Shown: positions 37,724 through 63,703 of the stretch, piece by piece
Position numbering within the stretch: the stretch's first letter is position 1
Layout: every line of letters begins with the position of its first letter
Source: Octopus sinensis
Taxonomy: Eukaryota
Assembly (NCBI RefSeq): GCF_006345805.1
Contig: NC_043011.1
Span: 66,724,464-66,788,463 of the forward strand
Direction of reading: 5' to 3'
DNA: 64,000 nucleotides
Notes under the pieces: model-generated
Database searches by the model: none
What the model was told of the DNA's origin: nothing
The model's input: the letters and a program-made list of their open reading frames with translations, nothing else
Made by a program: the position numbers and the translations under genes

Positions 37724-37980
37724 GTTTAAATATTTAACTTGGCGATCGTAGTGTTATATTAATTATCTTATATTATATATTTTTTTAATAATTTTGTTAT
37801 ATATTTAAATAATATAAATTAAATAATCTTATGCATTGGCTTAAGTTTTTCATTGTATGATTTGCCTAATAGTGGTTTTATCTCTAATTTAATATAATAT
37901 AATATTTTACTATGAAATTGGATTCAATCCCAAATCTGATTTTTCCCTGTAAGTTTGGTTTTATTCCCTAATATTTATTA

Positions 37981-38053
<73 letters not shown>

Positions 38054-38394
38054 GCATGTATGTATATATGTATATATGTATGTATGCATGTAGAAAATTT
38101 AGAAAAAAGACCTCTATTAAACAATTCAATAGTGAAAGACGTTATCCCCACCATATAGAAAAGGTTATATATATACTATAGAAAACATTATTCTAAAAAT
38201 CAATAGAGTACATAAACAAAAAATAGAAAACAGACTACGTGCGCTTCGTGGCTATATTTACAAATAAATAATAATAGTAAAATGAATTAACAATATAATC
38301 ACTCTTCAGATCTATAACAATAATAATTATAATAATAATAATATTATTAATAATAATGATAATAATAATATTAATAATAATAAGATAGAAGCCA

Positions 38395-41300
38395 CACAAC
38401 AATGCCCAATAATATAAACACTGAAACTGTAAAACACGAAGACAAACGCAACATTCCTAACAAACACGATGTAAACAACGAAGGGGAGCCTAATGATTAT
38501 GATAATATAAAAAATAAAATAATCAAAGAACTGAAAACCACAGAGCCCAAAATGGACCACCGACCATACCTCCCAAGAATAAAAATAAACGCAATAACAA
38601 CACCAATTATAAACAACATAAACCTAGCCGTCACTGAACTAGCCACTGAAGCAAAAGAAAGTGATATCACTGAACTAAATGACTTGATATACGCAGCAGC
38701 CACTGCAGCCACAAAAGAAGCTGGATACTCACCCAAACCCGCCCAAACAGGAGTACCACCACCCAAACAAACCCTGTGGATAAATAACATCCAAAACAAA
38801 ATAAAAAAAAATTAGAAAAGACCTGTCGATTCTTAATGAAATCAGCAAACAAGCAACGCTACTAAGCAACAAAAAGAGAACAAAAATGCTCCGCAAATAT
38901 AACATCACAGAAAAAGATTTGCCGAAGATAAAAGAAAAACTGAAGCAAGATATCCTTGCCAAAGCTCAAAGGATCCGCCGGTACGAGAAACGCCAACGCT
39001 TCTTTGAACAGAACAAAAAGTTCAACTCCGACCCCAAAAAGTTCTACCAAGAACTGGGCGAAAATAAAATAGAAGTCACTGCAGCACCAACGGCAGAAGA
39101 ATTGGAAGAATTCTGGAGAGAAATATGGTCGGCGAACGAACAGCCAAAAAAAAGGAGTATGAAAATAACAAACTCGGCATCTGAACAACTTTGGACCCCC
39201 ATAACAACTGAAGAGGTCACCCAGCAACTGCAAAAGCTAAGCAACTGGAAGGCACCTGGGCATGACAAGATCCCCAACTTCTGGTTGAAATATCTAACAG
39301 GAATGCACAAAAAGCTGGCTGAAAACTTTAACAGCATACTAGCAGAGCCAGAGACAATGCCTGAATGGCTCACGAAGGGGAAAACCATCTTAATTCCCAA
39401 ATCAAATGAAACAACAAAACCAGAAAACTACAGACCAATAACCTGCCTCCCTACTATGTTCAAGGCATTTACTGCAGTGATATCACAAAGGCTGAACAAG
39501 CACCTGGACGAAAACAAACTGTTCCCAGAAGAGCAGAATGGATGCCGCAAGGGCTCATATGGCTGTAAAGATCAACTAATGATTAATAAAGCCGTAACTG
39601 AAGACAGCCACAGAAAGAAGAAAGGCCTCAGTATGGCCTGGATTGACTACAAAAAGGCGTTTGATAGCATCCCCCCACATGGATCCTCGAAACACTAGCC
39701 ATTAACAAAGTAGCACCAACAATCATAAAATTCATAGAGCACTCTATGAATAAATGGCAAACAGTCCTACACCTCCAAACAAAAGAGGGACTCATTAAAA
39801 CCAAAGACATCCCCATTAGAAGAGGAATATTCCAGGGAGACACGCTCTCTCCACTCCTTTTCTGCTTGGCACTGTCACCTCTATCTGATATGCTAAGTAG
39901 AACTGGATGCGGATATAAATGTTACGGCAAAACGATCAGCCACCTTTTATATATGGATGACCTAAAACTATACGCTGCAAATGACAAACAGCTGGAAACA
40001 CTATTAAAGACAGTTCATGGATTTACCAAAGAAATAGATATGAAATTTGGATTAGAAAAATGCGCCAAAGTAACCATGAAAAGAGGAAAACTAGTTAAGA
40101 GTAACAACATCACACTAGATAAAACCAATGAAATAAAAGAATTAGACCAAAGCCAAACGTACAAATACTTAGGAATCCATGAACTAGATAAGACACAACA
40201 CACACAAATGAAAGAGAAAATAAAACAAGAATATTATAGATGAGTTAGATCAATACTAAAAACAGAGCTCAATGCTAAAAACAAGATAATAGGTATCAAC
40301 TCTTTAGCTGTCCCAGTTATAAGTTACAGCTACAATATCCTTAACTGGACACGAAATGAACTGTCCAAAATAGATAGGAAAACAAGAAAAATACTGACAG
40401 GATATAGGATGCATCACCCTAAATCTGACATAGAAAGACTATATATACAACGTATAGAAGGTGGTAGAGGCCTTATACAGCTGGAAAACTACTATAAAAT
40501 AACCACCATAGGACTGCAAAAATACCTACTTCAGAAGGAAGGAAAACTGATCCAGATAGCGGCAAAACACGAGCAAAACAAAAAACTGTTCTCAGTATTT
40601 AAGGAAGCTGACAAATACAAACAAGAAATCATACCACCTAATAAACACAAAGAAGACGAAGAAGATGATGAAGAAACAACAAAAGCTATAAAACAAATGA
40701 AATCCAAACTAAAAATAGAACAGCAACGCGCCATGATAAAACGATGGCAAGAAAAGCCCCTTCATGGTAAATACTGCACTAAACTAAACGCAAAAGAAAT
40801 AGACAAAGAAAAATCCCAGCAATGGTTGAGAAGCTCAGGACTCAAAGCAGAAACAGAGGGATTTTAATTGCAGCACAAGACCAAAGCCTCCCCACCAGAA
40901 ATTACCAAAAACATGTAATGAAAAGAAATATTACAAGTAACTGCAGAATATGTGGAGATGGACAAGAAACAATAAATCATATTATCTCTAGCTGCCCAGT
41001 CCTGGCTAAGAAGGAATATATTCACAGACATGACAGAGTTGGAACTTACATACATTGGAAGCTATGCCAACATTATGGAATAACAACAGAAAAAAGATGG
41101 TATAGACACACACCAGAAAAGGTCACAGAAAACGAGAAAGCAACCATACTCTGGGATATGCCGATACACACAGATAGAGAAATTAAGGCCAACAGACCAG
41201 ATATAGTTGTCAGAGATCATGAAGAAAAAAATGCTTTCTAATTGATGTATCAATACCGGCAGATGACAACGTGTCTCTAAAAGAAATGGAGAAACTCTCA

Positions 41301-41612
41301 AAATACAAAGACCTGGAAATAGAGATAACTAGAATGTGGAACCTGAAAACAGAAACAATTCCTATCATAGTAGGTGCATTAGGCATGATAAAAAAATATT
41401 CAGACAAATACATAACAAAAACACCAGGACTTACAAACACATATAACATACAGAAAATTGCACTACTATGCACTGCACACATCCTACGCAGAACACTTTC
41501 CATACAATAACCATCAGAGCATCACAACAAATCACAGCACATACCCAAGGCACACAGAGCTGCGCTCGGTAGAGAAGTGAAAGCACGCTATAAAATAAAA
41601 CTACTGAATAAT
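38395..41612 (+). mobile_element. R4/Dong-like non-LTR retrotransposon (RT + CCHC + restriction-like endonuclease), frameshifted
   Basis: AWIDYKKAFDS, RGIFQGDTLSP, HLLYMDDLKL, CRICGDGQETINHIISSC and KANRPDIVV motifs; flanked by (TAA)n. Confidence 0.9.
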
Positions 41613-41830
41613 AGTAATAATAATAACAATATGCATTATAAAATACGTGTACGCATCTAAATTTAGAAATTAACTAGTGATTTTATCTTCAGAAATACTA
41701 TTAAATTTTATTATTTATTGTTAAAACAAGTATTTTTTAATATTTATTCGTTAATTTGTAAGTTAATCTACGTACATTTATTATATTATTTATGTTGTTT
41801 TTATTATTATTATTATTAATATTATTATTA

Positions 41831-41862
<32 letters not shown>

Positions 41863-41968
41863 TTATTATTATTTTTGTTGAAGAGGATGCGTGGCTTTCA
41901 ATCATAACAATGTAAATAATATTTATGTACATATTTACACCTATAGGTAAAATACATACATACATATA

Positions 41969-42004
<36 letters not shown>

Positions 42005-43042
42005 TGTATGTATGTATGTATTTTTGTATGTATATCTTCTAAATAGTAGGGAATACAATTCCAAACCTACAGGGAAAAATTCTGTTCAGAAATTTCAAAT
42101 CAAATTTCACAATATATAACATATATATAAATTTTTTTTAGATCTCTCTTAATCAATTCAATAGTGAAAAACATTATTCACACCATATAGAAAAGGCTAA
42201 ATATACTATAGAAAACTTTATTCTAGAGGTCAATAGAGTACATAAACAATAAATAGTAAATAGACTACACGCGTTTCGAGGCTATATTTACAATAAAAAT
42301 GACAAAATCAATTCGATTTACGACTAAATCGATCTAAAATAAATTCTACTTAAAAATATAGTCACTATATAGGTCTATAATAACAACAACAACAACAACA
42401 CTGATAAAAAAACCACAGCTGCCTTTACTACAGAAATCTTTCAATAGTATTATTTTCAATTAAAGCAAACAGATCTTTCAAAGTAATTTAGTTATAGTAA
42501 TATATTGTATACTCAGCGGCAGTAGAAATGTTTTGCTTATTCCAACGCTGCCAGCAGCATTTGCCTGAAATAAATATTGAAGTATTGTGAAAACTTAGTT
42601 TCAAAATGAAATAGTACATTTTCAAACATATACTCTAACATCCTCTACTGAATATAGACGTTAGAATATTGCGATCGATGAAAAATCTTAGAAGTAGGAA
42701 ACAATTGTTGTGAAAAATTATCCTCTACTGAATATAGAAACCATGATACATCAATCGATTACAGATCTTACAAAATAGATTGTCAAAAGCAATTAAAACC
42801 ACTGCAAGCATAACCGTTTATGACGTTTATTTCAATCGCTGTACGCCCTATGCCCCATTATTTAGTATTGAATTGCGAGCTAAATATCATTTCCTCATCC
42901 TTCGCTCGATTGCTCCATCAAAGGTGATTTAAAGAAAATTAAAGATAGTTTAGATTTTAAAAATAAACAATGATTTTTAAAACGAGAATTTCTCAGCCGA
43001 TGCCTTTAATGGAAATATAGTGAACACAAGGCAACTACTTAC

Positions 43043-53798
<10,756 letters not shown>

Positions 53799-55114
53799 TG
53801 TGTAATTTCGTGTCGAACAGCTCCTATTCTGGCGATGTGCATGTGGAAACATGTATTGTAATTAAATATGAAGTAACATGTGTTTCAACTAACACAGACA
53901 GCATGTAAATTTGATCAATGACATGCAATGTCATAATAAATTTTTTATACTTTTTATTCTTCTACATTCACGAGACCGACAGGTGTGTAAAAGATAATTT
54001 CACAAAAAATCGTGTACTCGTACTTAGTGAGGGCAAAAATTTTGGGTAAGGGAGCCTGTCGATTAGATAGACTCCAGTAAACAACTGGTACTTAATTTAT
54101 CGATCTCAAAAAGATGACAAGCATCGTCGACCTCGGCGGAAGTTGAACTCTGAACGTAACCTTTGTGAATTTCTGACCATTCAACATCGCTGGAGAGCGT
54201 ATATATTCATGTTGTAATTGAGAAAATGTCAGATGACATGGAGGAATGGTAGCCAGTTTCAAATTTGTGGACAAGTCAAGCTATTTCGATTAGCGTGGAA
54301 AAAGTCCATCACATTCAACTCGGCACTTCATTTCTGCATATTTCATCGATCCTAAAGATAAGGTTCCATCGACATCGACGGTAATGGAACTCACAATTTC
54401 CGCTCTCATTTTCGATCTTTTCCTCCCTTCACATTTCTTTCTTTCTTCTCTAATTGTATTCTCTTTCTACTGCTTTTTTATAATCTCCTATTCTCTTGAC
54501 ACTTATTCACATTTTTCTTGCTCAACTAATTCCCTTCTCATTGCTTCTCCTCAAAATAGTTAATTGCTTTCTAAACATTACACTCTAATATATACAAACA
54601 CGGATGTGTGTCTATATGAATTTGTATGAGTGTGTATCGTCAGTATTTCATATTTCCGAAGAAAAGCACGCTCGAATGCATTAAAAAAGTAATCTAATTT
54701 TAGGAAGTTAAAACTTACGGCCTGTCATAGATTGAGCATTGCGCAGATATAAAGGCTTCAAGAGTATAAACGACTCGTCAGATTCTTTATAATTGCGAAA
54801 CCCATGGTCACTATATGACCCTTGCTGTTTGTTTTCATTGTTCTTTTTGTGTTACTAATTTTGACCCTCTGCAAAATCCTACCTTACATTTAATTTGCGT
54901 TGCGGCTGCAACTGTTTTATCGAAAGCTTATCTTGTTAAATTCTAGAAATATGAGAGTCGAAAAAACATCCAACGATTTATGAAGGGTCTTTCTTTGTGT
55001 TCTTTGTTTGTTTTCCATTTGTGTCTTTCGTTCTTCGAAAAAATAGTTTTTATTCCATGTATTTCGTATCTTCTGTTGTACACATTCCGTGACGTCCTAT
55101 ACCCACATAGCATG

Positions 55115-55155
<41 letters not shown>

Positions 55156-55482
55156 ATGTGCGTGTGTGTGTGTGTGTGTATTAAATTTAGAGAAAACTTC
55201 TATTAAACAATTCAATAGTGAAAGTCGTTATTCACACCATTAGAAAAAGTTAAATATTCTATAGAACATATTCTAAAAATGAATAGAGTACGTAAACAAT
55301 AAATAGTAAATAGACTACGCGTGTTTTGTTGCTATATTTTCAAATATATAATAATAAAATTAATTTGATTAAAACTAAATCGATCTAAAATTAATTCTAT
55401 ATAAAAATATAGTCACCCATCATGTCTATTTAGAATTGCTAACTTGAATTTATCCCTGTAATTTTGGAATCATATTCCCTAC

Positions 55483-55516
<34 letters not shown>

Positions 55517-55742
55517 GCATACATATAAGCATGTATATATATATATATATTATTTACATTATTATATGATTGAATCCCATCATCCTCTTCTAAGTATGTT
55601 TTTATCCGGTATATATGTACATAAATATATATATGTGTGTTCGTGTGTATGTGTGTATGTGTGGCAATTTCTCTTATAAATATAAATTATATATATGATG
55701 TAACATCTGTACATATAGTCACCCATCAGGTCTATAATAATG

Positions 55743-55821
<79 letters not shown>

Positions 55822-58178
55822 GGCACCTGGGCATGACAAGATCCCCAACTTCTGGTTGAAATATCTAACAGGAATGCACAAAAAGCTGGCTGAAAACTTT
55901 AACAACGTACTAGCAGAGCCAGAGACAATGCCTGAATGGCTCACGAAGGGGAAAACCATCTTAATTCCCAAATCAAATGAAACAGAAAAACCAGAAAACT
56001 AAAGACCAATACCCTGCCTCCCTACTATGTTCAAGGCATTTACTGCAGTGATATCACAAACGCTGAACAAGCACCTGGACGAAAACAAACTGTTCCCAGA
56101 AGAGCAGAAAGGATGCCGCAAAGGCTCATATGGCTGTAAAGATCAGCTAATGATTAATAAAGCCGTAACTGAAGACAGCCACAGAAAGAAGAAAAGCCTC
56201 AGTATGGCCTGGATTGACTACAAAAAGGCGTTTGATAGCATCCCCCACACATGGATCCTCGAAACACTAGCCATTAACAAAGTAGCACCAACAATCATAA
56301 AATTCATAGAGCACTCTATGAATAAATGGCAAACAGTCCTACACCTCCAAACAAAAGAGGGACTCATGAAAACCAAAGACATCCCCATTAGAAGAGGAAT
56401 ATTCCAGGGAGACACGCTCTCTCCACTCCTTTTCTGCTTGGCACTGTCACCTCTATCTGATATGCTAAATAGAACTGGATGCGGATATAAATGTTACGGC
56501 AAAACGATCAGCCACCTTTTATATATGGATGACCTAAAACTATACGCTGCAAATGACAAACAGCTGGAAACACTATTAAAGACAATTCATGGATTTACCA
56601 AAGAAATAGATATGAAATTTGGATTAGAAAAATGCGCCAAAGTAACCATGAAAAGAGGAAAACTAGTTAAGAGTAACAACATCACACTAGATAAAACCAA
56701 TGAAATAAAAGAAATAGACCAAAGCCAAACTTACAAATACTTAGGAATCCATGAACTAGATAAGACACAACACACACAAATGAAAGAGAAAATAAAAAAA
56801 AGAATATTATAGACGAGTTAGATCAATACTAAACACAGAGCTCAATGCTAAAAACAAGATAATAGGTATCAACACTTTAGCTGTCCCAGTTATAAGTTAC
56901 AGCTACAATATCCTTAACTGGACACGAAATGAACTGACCAAAATAGATAGGAAAACAAGAAAAATAATGACAGGATCTAGGATGCATCACCCAAAATCTG
57001 ACATAGAAAGACTATATATACAACGTATAGAAGGTGGTAGAGGCCTTATACAGCTGGAAAACTACTATAAAATAACCACCATAGGACTGCAAAAATATCT
57101 ACTTCAGAAGGAAGGAAAACTGATCCAGATAGCGGCAAAACACGAGCAAAACAAAAAACTGTTCTCAGTATTTAAGGAAGCTGACAAATACAAACAAGAA
57201 ATCATACCACCTAATAAACATGAAGAAGAAGAAGAAGAAGATGAAGAAACAACAAAAGCTATAAAACAAATGAAATCCAAACTAAAAATAGAACAGCAAC
57301 GAGCCATGATAAAACGATGGCAAGAAAAGCCCCTTCATGGTAAATACTGCACTAAACTAAACGCAAAAGAAATAGACAAAGAAAAATCCCAGCAATGGTT
57401 GAGAAGCTCAGGACTCAAAGCAGAAACAGAGGGATTTTTAATTGCAGCACAAGACCAAAGCCTCCCCACCAGAAATTACCAAAAACATGTAATGAAAAGA
57501 AATATTACAAGTAACTGCAGAATATGTGGAGATGGACAAGAAACAATAAATCATATTATCTCTAGCTGCCCAGTCCTGGCTAAGAAGGAATATATTCACA
57601 GACATGACAGAGTTGGAACCTACATACATTGGAAGCTATGCCAACATTATGGAATAACAACAGAAAAAAGATGGTATAGACACACACCAGAAAAGGTCAC
57701 AGAAAACGAGAAAGCAACCATACTCTGGGATATGCCGATACACACAGATAGAGAAATTAAGGCCAACAGACCAGATATAGTTGTCAGAGATCATGAAGAA
57801 AAAAATGCTTTCTAATTGATGTATCAATACCGGCAGATGACAACGTGTCTCTAAAAGAAATGGAGAAACTCTCAAAATACAAGACCTGGAAATAGAGATA
57901 ACTAGAATGTGGAACCTGAAAACAGAAACAATTCCTATCATAGTAGGTGCATTAGGCATGATAAAAAAAATATTCAGACAAATACATAACAAAAACACCA
58001 GGACTTACAAACACATATAACATACAGAAAATTGCACTACTAGGCACTGCACACATCCTACGCAGAACACTTTCCATACAATAACCATCAGAGCATCACA
58101 ACAAATCACAGCACATACCCAAGGCACACAGAGCTGCGCTCGGTAGTGAAGTGAAAGCACGCTATAAAAATAAAACTA

Positions 58179-58186
<8 letters not shown>
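55822..58186 (+). mobile_element. R4/Dong-like element, 5'-truncated copy
   Basis: Near-identical to 39255-41612; (TAA)n on both sides. Confidence 0.9.
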
Positions 58187-58232
<46 letters not shown>

Positions 58233-58436
58233 CATAATAATAAAAGCAATATAAATAATATAATAAATGTACGTATGTTAACTTATAAATTAACTAACGT
58301 TTTTATTTTAAGTGATACTGTTAAATATTATTATTTATTGTTAAAACAAGTGTTTTTTCTATATTTCTTAGTTAAATTATTTGTTAGAATACGTACATTT
58401 ATTATATTTTTTATACTGTTATTATTATTGTTATTA

Positions 58437-60483
58437 AACTGGTCAACGTCAGGGTTATTATATGGTGTTTTATATGTCGTTTTTTACCGCAGATTTCAAA
58501 AATGTATTCGGTTTCCTTCTATCAGGCACATTTTTTCTGATGAGATGAGAGAGGTATATAACTCCCATCAGCAGTATCGCTACACGTAAACGTCTTATAC
58601 AGGTAAATTCTAACTATGTCAATGCATTGCAAGACCAGTCCTGATACATTTTGTCATGTGGTTCATTTACAACCAAAGCTCATCAACGTGCAATCACAAG
58701 TGAAATCAAGAACTACCAGTTATACTTTGGCTGCTCTCTCGGGGAACAAGATAAGAGTTGTGCCCCGCACATCATCTGCTCGGTTTGTTCAAATGGACTA
58801 AGGGATTGGTTGAATAAGAGGAAGATAGCAATGCCGTTTGCAATACCTATGATATGGAGAGAGCCAAAGGATCATTTCTTGGACTATTATTTCTTCAACG
58901 TTAATGTATGTGGGTTTACTGTAAAGACCAAGCATGAGATTGTGTAAATCAACTTGGAATCAGCAAGTTGACAAAGATGTATTTTCTGAAGAAAATATTA
59001 CTGCTGTCGAAGACACCGAAGTGGGTGCAGATTTCACGATTGAAAATGAAGATGTACCACAGACATTTTCTCAAGGAGAGTTAATTGATTTAGTTAGAGA
59101 CTTGTCATTGCCGAAGGATAAAGCTGAGCTATTAGCCTACAAGAAAAGTGTCTGCTTAAGAAAGATGTTTGTATTACTCATTTCAGGAAGCGCAATAGGG
59201 GCCTGGCTTCCTTCTTCTCTCTTGATGGAACACTTTGTTTCAGTAATAACACTGATTAGTTATTTTGCTGTTTGTTCCAAAAGCATGTTCCAGCTGAATG
59301 ACGCTGATTCATTTATTCATCTAAGAGAAGCCTCAAGGCAGTACTATTACTCAACGGCAATAAGAAACCATCCATTCCCATAGGACATTCAGTGTACATG
59401 AGGAGTGTTATGAAATCATGTAAGTACTCCTCAATGCTATAAAGTATACAAACTACAGCTGGAAAACATGTGGAGACTTGAAGGTGATTGGAATATTGAT
59501 GGGAATGCAATCTGGGTTCACCAAATAGTGTTGCTTTTTATGCTTATGGGACAGTCATGCAACTAGCAAGCAGTATGTGCAATCAGAGTGGCCTTTGCGA
59601 AAATCATATGAGCCAGGAGTTTCTAGCGTCTAGACTAAGCCACTTTTAAACCCAGAAAATGTTTTCTTCCCCCTCTTCACATAAAGCTTGGCCTCATGAA
59701 ACAATTCGTGAAGACACTTGCTAGGAAAAGCTCAGAAGGTTTTGAATATGTGAACGCCAAATTTCCAAAAGTCACCGAGGCAAAACTGAAGGAGGGCGTA
59801 TTCATAGGTTGTCCTCCTGAAGGACAACCACTTCCTTACAGCACTAGATGAGATTGAGCTTAAAGCCTGGGAATCCTTCAAATGGCTCTGTGGAAATTTC
59901 CCAGGCAACAAGAGATCTCTAGAATTTAGAAACGAAGTGAAATATCTTCTAGTCTCCCACGCTGCAATGGACTGTTGGATGTCACTAAAAGTCTATTTCC
60001 TTGATTCACATCTGGACTTTTTCGCAGAGAAACTTGGAGCAGTATCTGATGAGTAAGGGGAACGATTTCATCAAGATATTGCATCGATGGAACAACGTTA
60101 TCAAGAATTTTGGAATGCAGGAATGTTAGCTGACTACTGTTGGATGTTATACAAGAATGAACCTGAGACAAAACACAATAGAAAGTCCAAATTTCAAAGA
60201 TTTTAAGTTGTTATGCATTTGAGTGTATTCTAAGTTATTTCTACAGAATAATTTTAATTTTGTACAATAAAAAGCCATGAATTGATCGTATCTTGTAATC
60301 AGTATACTTTATATAGACATGATTTACGTATCCTATAAGTGAAAACAGCGGGTATCATTAACATGAAAATAGGACCTGATAGAAGAAATCTGACTTCAGA
60401 TACATAATCAGCATCAAAATTTAACCCAGAAAAGTCAATCAGTAACTCTGATGATTGAAAACGTTTCATTTGGTTGACCAGTG
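58437..60483 (+). mobile_element. Chapaev3-like (CMC) DNA transposon, decayed
   Basis: Termini (c>a)ACTGGTCAAC...GTTGACCAGTG; motifs CKTSPDTFC, EQDKSCAPHIICSVC, PMIWREPKDH and PLHIKLGLMKQFVK. Family label is from my recall of Chapaev3 transposases. Confidence 0.7.
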
Positions 60484-60500
60484 TTTTGTTATTATTATTA

Positions 60501-60532
<32 letters not shown>

Positions 60533-60542
60533 TTGTATGTGT

Positions 60543-60605
<63 letters not shown>

Positions 60606-60610
<5 letters not shown>

Positions 60611-61244
60611 TAGTTTTATTTTTATTTTTATAGCGTGCTGTCACTTCACTACCGAGCGCAGCTCTGTGTGCCTTGGGTATGTGCTGTGATTTGTTGTGAT
60701 GCTCTGATGGTTATTGTATGGAAAGTGTTCTGCGTAGGATGTGTGCAGTGCATAGTAGTGCAATTTTTTGTATGTTATATGTGTTTGTAAGTCCTGGTGT
60801 TTTTGTTATGTATTTGTCTGAATATTTTTTTATCATGCCTAATGCACCTACTATGATAGGAATTGTTTCTGTTTTCAGATTCCACATTCTAGTTACCTCT
60901 ATTTCCAGGTCTTTGTATTTTGAGAGTTTCTCCATTTCTTTTAGAGACACGTTGTCATCTGCCGGTACTGATACATCAATTAGAAAGCATTTTTTTTCTT
61001 CATGGTCTCTGACAACTATATCTGGTCTGTTGGCCTTAATTTCTCTATCTGTGTGTATCGGCATATCCCAGAGTACGGTTGCTTTCTCGTTTTCTGTGAC
61101 CTTTTCTGGTGTGTGCCTATACCATCTTTTTTCTGTTGTTATTCCATAATGTTGGCATAGCTTCCAATGTATGTAAGTTCCAACTCTGTCATGTCTGTGA
61201 ATATATTCCTTCTTAGCCAGGACTGGGCAGCTAGAGATAATATG

Positions 61245-61250
<6 letters not shown>
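60606..61250 (-). mobile_element. R4/Dong-like element, short 3' fragment
   Basis: HIISSCPVLAKKEY...RRTLSIQ plus the shared 3' UTR; (TTA)n on both sides. Confidence 0.9.
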
Positions 61251-61294
<44 letters not shown>

Positions 61295-61295
<1 letters not shown>

Positions 61296-61680
61296 GTGGA
61301 GGCGCAATGACCCAGTGGCTAGGGCAGCGGACTGGCGGTCATAGGATCGCAGTTTCGATTCCCAGAGCGGGCGTTGTGAGTGTTTATTGAGCGAAAACAC
61401 CTAAAAGCTCCACGACGCTCCGGCAGGGATGATGGTGATCCCTGCTGTACTCTTTCACCACATCTTTCTCTCACTCTTACTTTCTGTTTCTGTTGTACCT
61501 GTATTTCAAGGGGCCGGCCTTGTCACTCTCTGTGTCACGCTGAATATCCCCGAGAACTACGTTAAGGGTGCACGTGTCTTTGGAGTGCTCAGCCACTTAC
61601 ACGTTAATTTCACGAGCAGGCTGTTCCGTTGATTCGGATCAACCGGAACCCTTATCGTCGTAACAGACGGAGTGCTTCCA
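61295..61680 (+). mobile_element. tRNA-headed SINE
   Basis: ggcgcaatgacccagtggctagggcagcggact...gtttcgattccc (A/B-box-like head), followed by a long body, between ATT arrays. Confidence 0.65.
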
Positions 61681-61692
61681 CCATTATTATTA

Positions 61693-61759
<67 letters not shown>

Positions 61760-61776
61760 CATCATCATCATCATCA

Positions 61777-61813
<37 letters not shown>

Positions 61814-62141
61814 AGACCTGATGAGTGACTATATTTCTAAATAGAATTAATTTTAGATCGATTTAGTTTTAATCAAATTGATTTTGTGTTACTATCTATT
61901 TGTAAATATTGCCACGAGATGTGGGTAGTCTATTGACTTTTATTGTTTATGATTTTTAGAATAATGTGTTCTATAGTATATTAAAACTTTGCTATAGGGT
62001 TTGAATAAAGTCTTTCACTATTGAATGGTTTAATAGAGGTTTTTCTCCAAATTTTATACAAATATTACATATTGTGAAATTTGATTTAGTTTTTCTAACT
62101 TGAAATTTTCCCTATCAGTTTGGAATCATATTCCCTACTAT

Positions 62142-62209
<68 letters not shown>

Positions 62210-62294
62210 CGTATAAATATAAGTATGTACATATATATTATTTACATTATTTTAGAATTGAACGCCACGCATCCTCTTCTAAGTTTTATCCCAC

Positions 62295-62346
<52 letters not shown>

Positions 62347-62534
62347 ATGTATGTGTGTGTGTGTGTGTTTGTGATCCGTGCATTGGTATGTATATCTATG
62401 CAAAAGTGTGTATGTATGACGAAAGAGAATGAGATGGAACCGAATAGATATATTACGCATCGCTTATATCACATGTATATTCAGCGCACAAATAGAAACA
62501 CTATATTAAAGCTAATTAACATATAGATAACTAC

Positions 62535-62571
62535 GAGAAATAAGAAAGAAAATAATCATAGAATATTTCAT
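62535..62571 (-). CDS. Orphan signal-peptide exon 1 (array gene 5 remnant or alternative first exon)
   Basis: 37 nt, MKYSMIIFFLIS plus 1 nt, donor GTAGTT, in a flanking block homologous to the other four exon-1 regions; no exon 2 before the next exon-1 block at 53.8 kb. Confidence 0.6.
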
Positions 62572-63703
62572 TCTGTAATTTCGTGATCAAATCGTCATAT
62601 TTTGTCGACTTCCACGTTACAATTTCTATTATAAATATGATGTAACAACTGTATCAACTGACGGAGAAAGCATGTAAAGTTGATCAATGACCTGCTATGT
62701 CAGTAATACATTTACAACATTTTTCTTGTATAGTCACCAACACGACAGGTGTATAAAAGATAAATTTACAGAAAATTGTGATGTTTGTGTGTACCCGTAC
62801 TTTCTGAACGAAAAACAGTATTACAAATACAATGTTTTCGGCCTAAATATAATGACTTTTATATATCCATTTTTAAAGAAAAAAAATTGTCAATTTTTAA
62901 CCATTAAACGTCAAAAACATTCATGTGGTAATTGAGAAAATTTTAGATGACATGGAAAGATGGAAACCATCTGAATATTGGTTTTCAATTTTCTGGAAAG
63001 ACAAACAATTTCGGTGAGTGTGGAAAAAGAGTATTGCATCCACACCAGCACTTAATTTCTGCATATTTTATCGAACACGAAAAAGAGCAAATGCAACACC
63101 GACATGGACGGAAATGAAACTCTAAATATCCATCCTGTTTTCACTCACTTTTCTCTCTTCACTTTAATATCTTTACTCTCTATTTTTGTTCTCTTTCTCC
63201 TTTTTTTTATCTCCTATTCATTTAACCCATAATCACAGTTTTCTTATGCTATTACTTGCCTCTTTATTGCTTCACCCCACCTCAAAATACTTATATTTAC
63301 GTTCTGGCAATCTACATACTAGATTACCCATGACCCGTTGGGTCACCGGAACAGTCTGAGTTTTCCAGCAACGGTGTTTTGTTCCATGTCATTATTTAAT
63401 TTCGGAGTGAATAGTTTGCCCTTAAAACGACTTAAAACGATTAGTTACATTTAAAACGATTAAGAAATTACAAAAACCAACTGACATACACAATGTCGAC
63501 GAAAGCTTACAGAGCTAGTCTAAACTATATTTAAAGCATACTGTGTTAAATATTAGATATTCTCAAAGTCACGTATAACATGGTAGACATATGTGGTTTG
63601 GGTTGATCTCTTGTAATACAAGGATTTCATTGTTATGGTTCATCTCAGTAAATAACGTCTCCAAAATATGACACTTTCATACTTGTAGTGGCATAATGAA
63701 TCC

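Noticed and set aside
61295-61370. tRNA gene
   Set aside because: The tRNA-like head continues into a SINE body; no complete cloverleaf.
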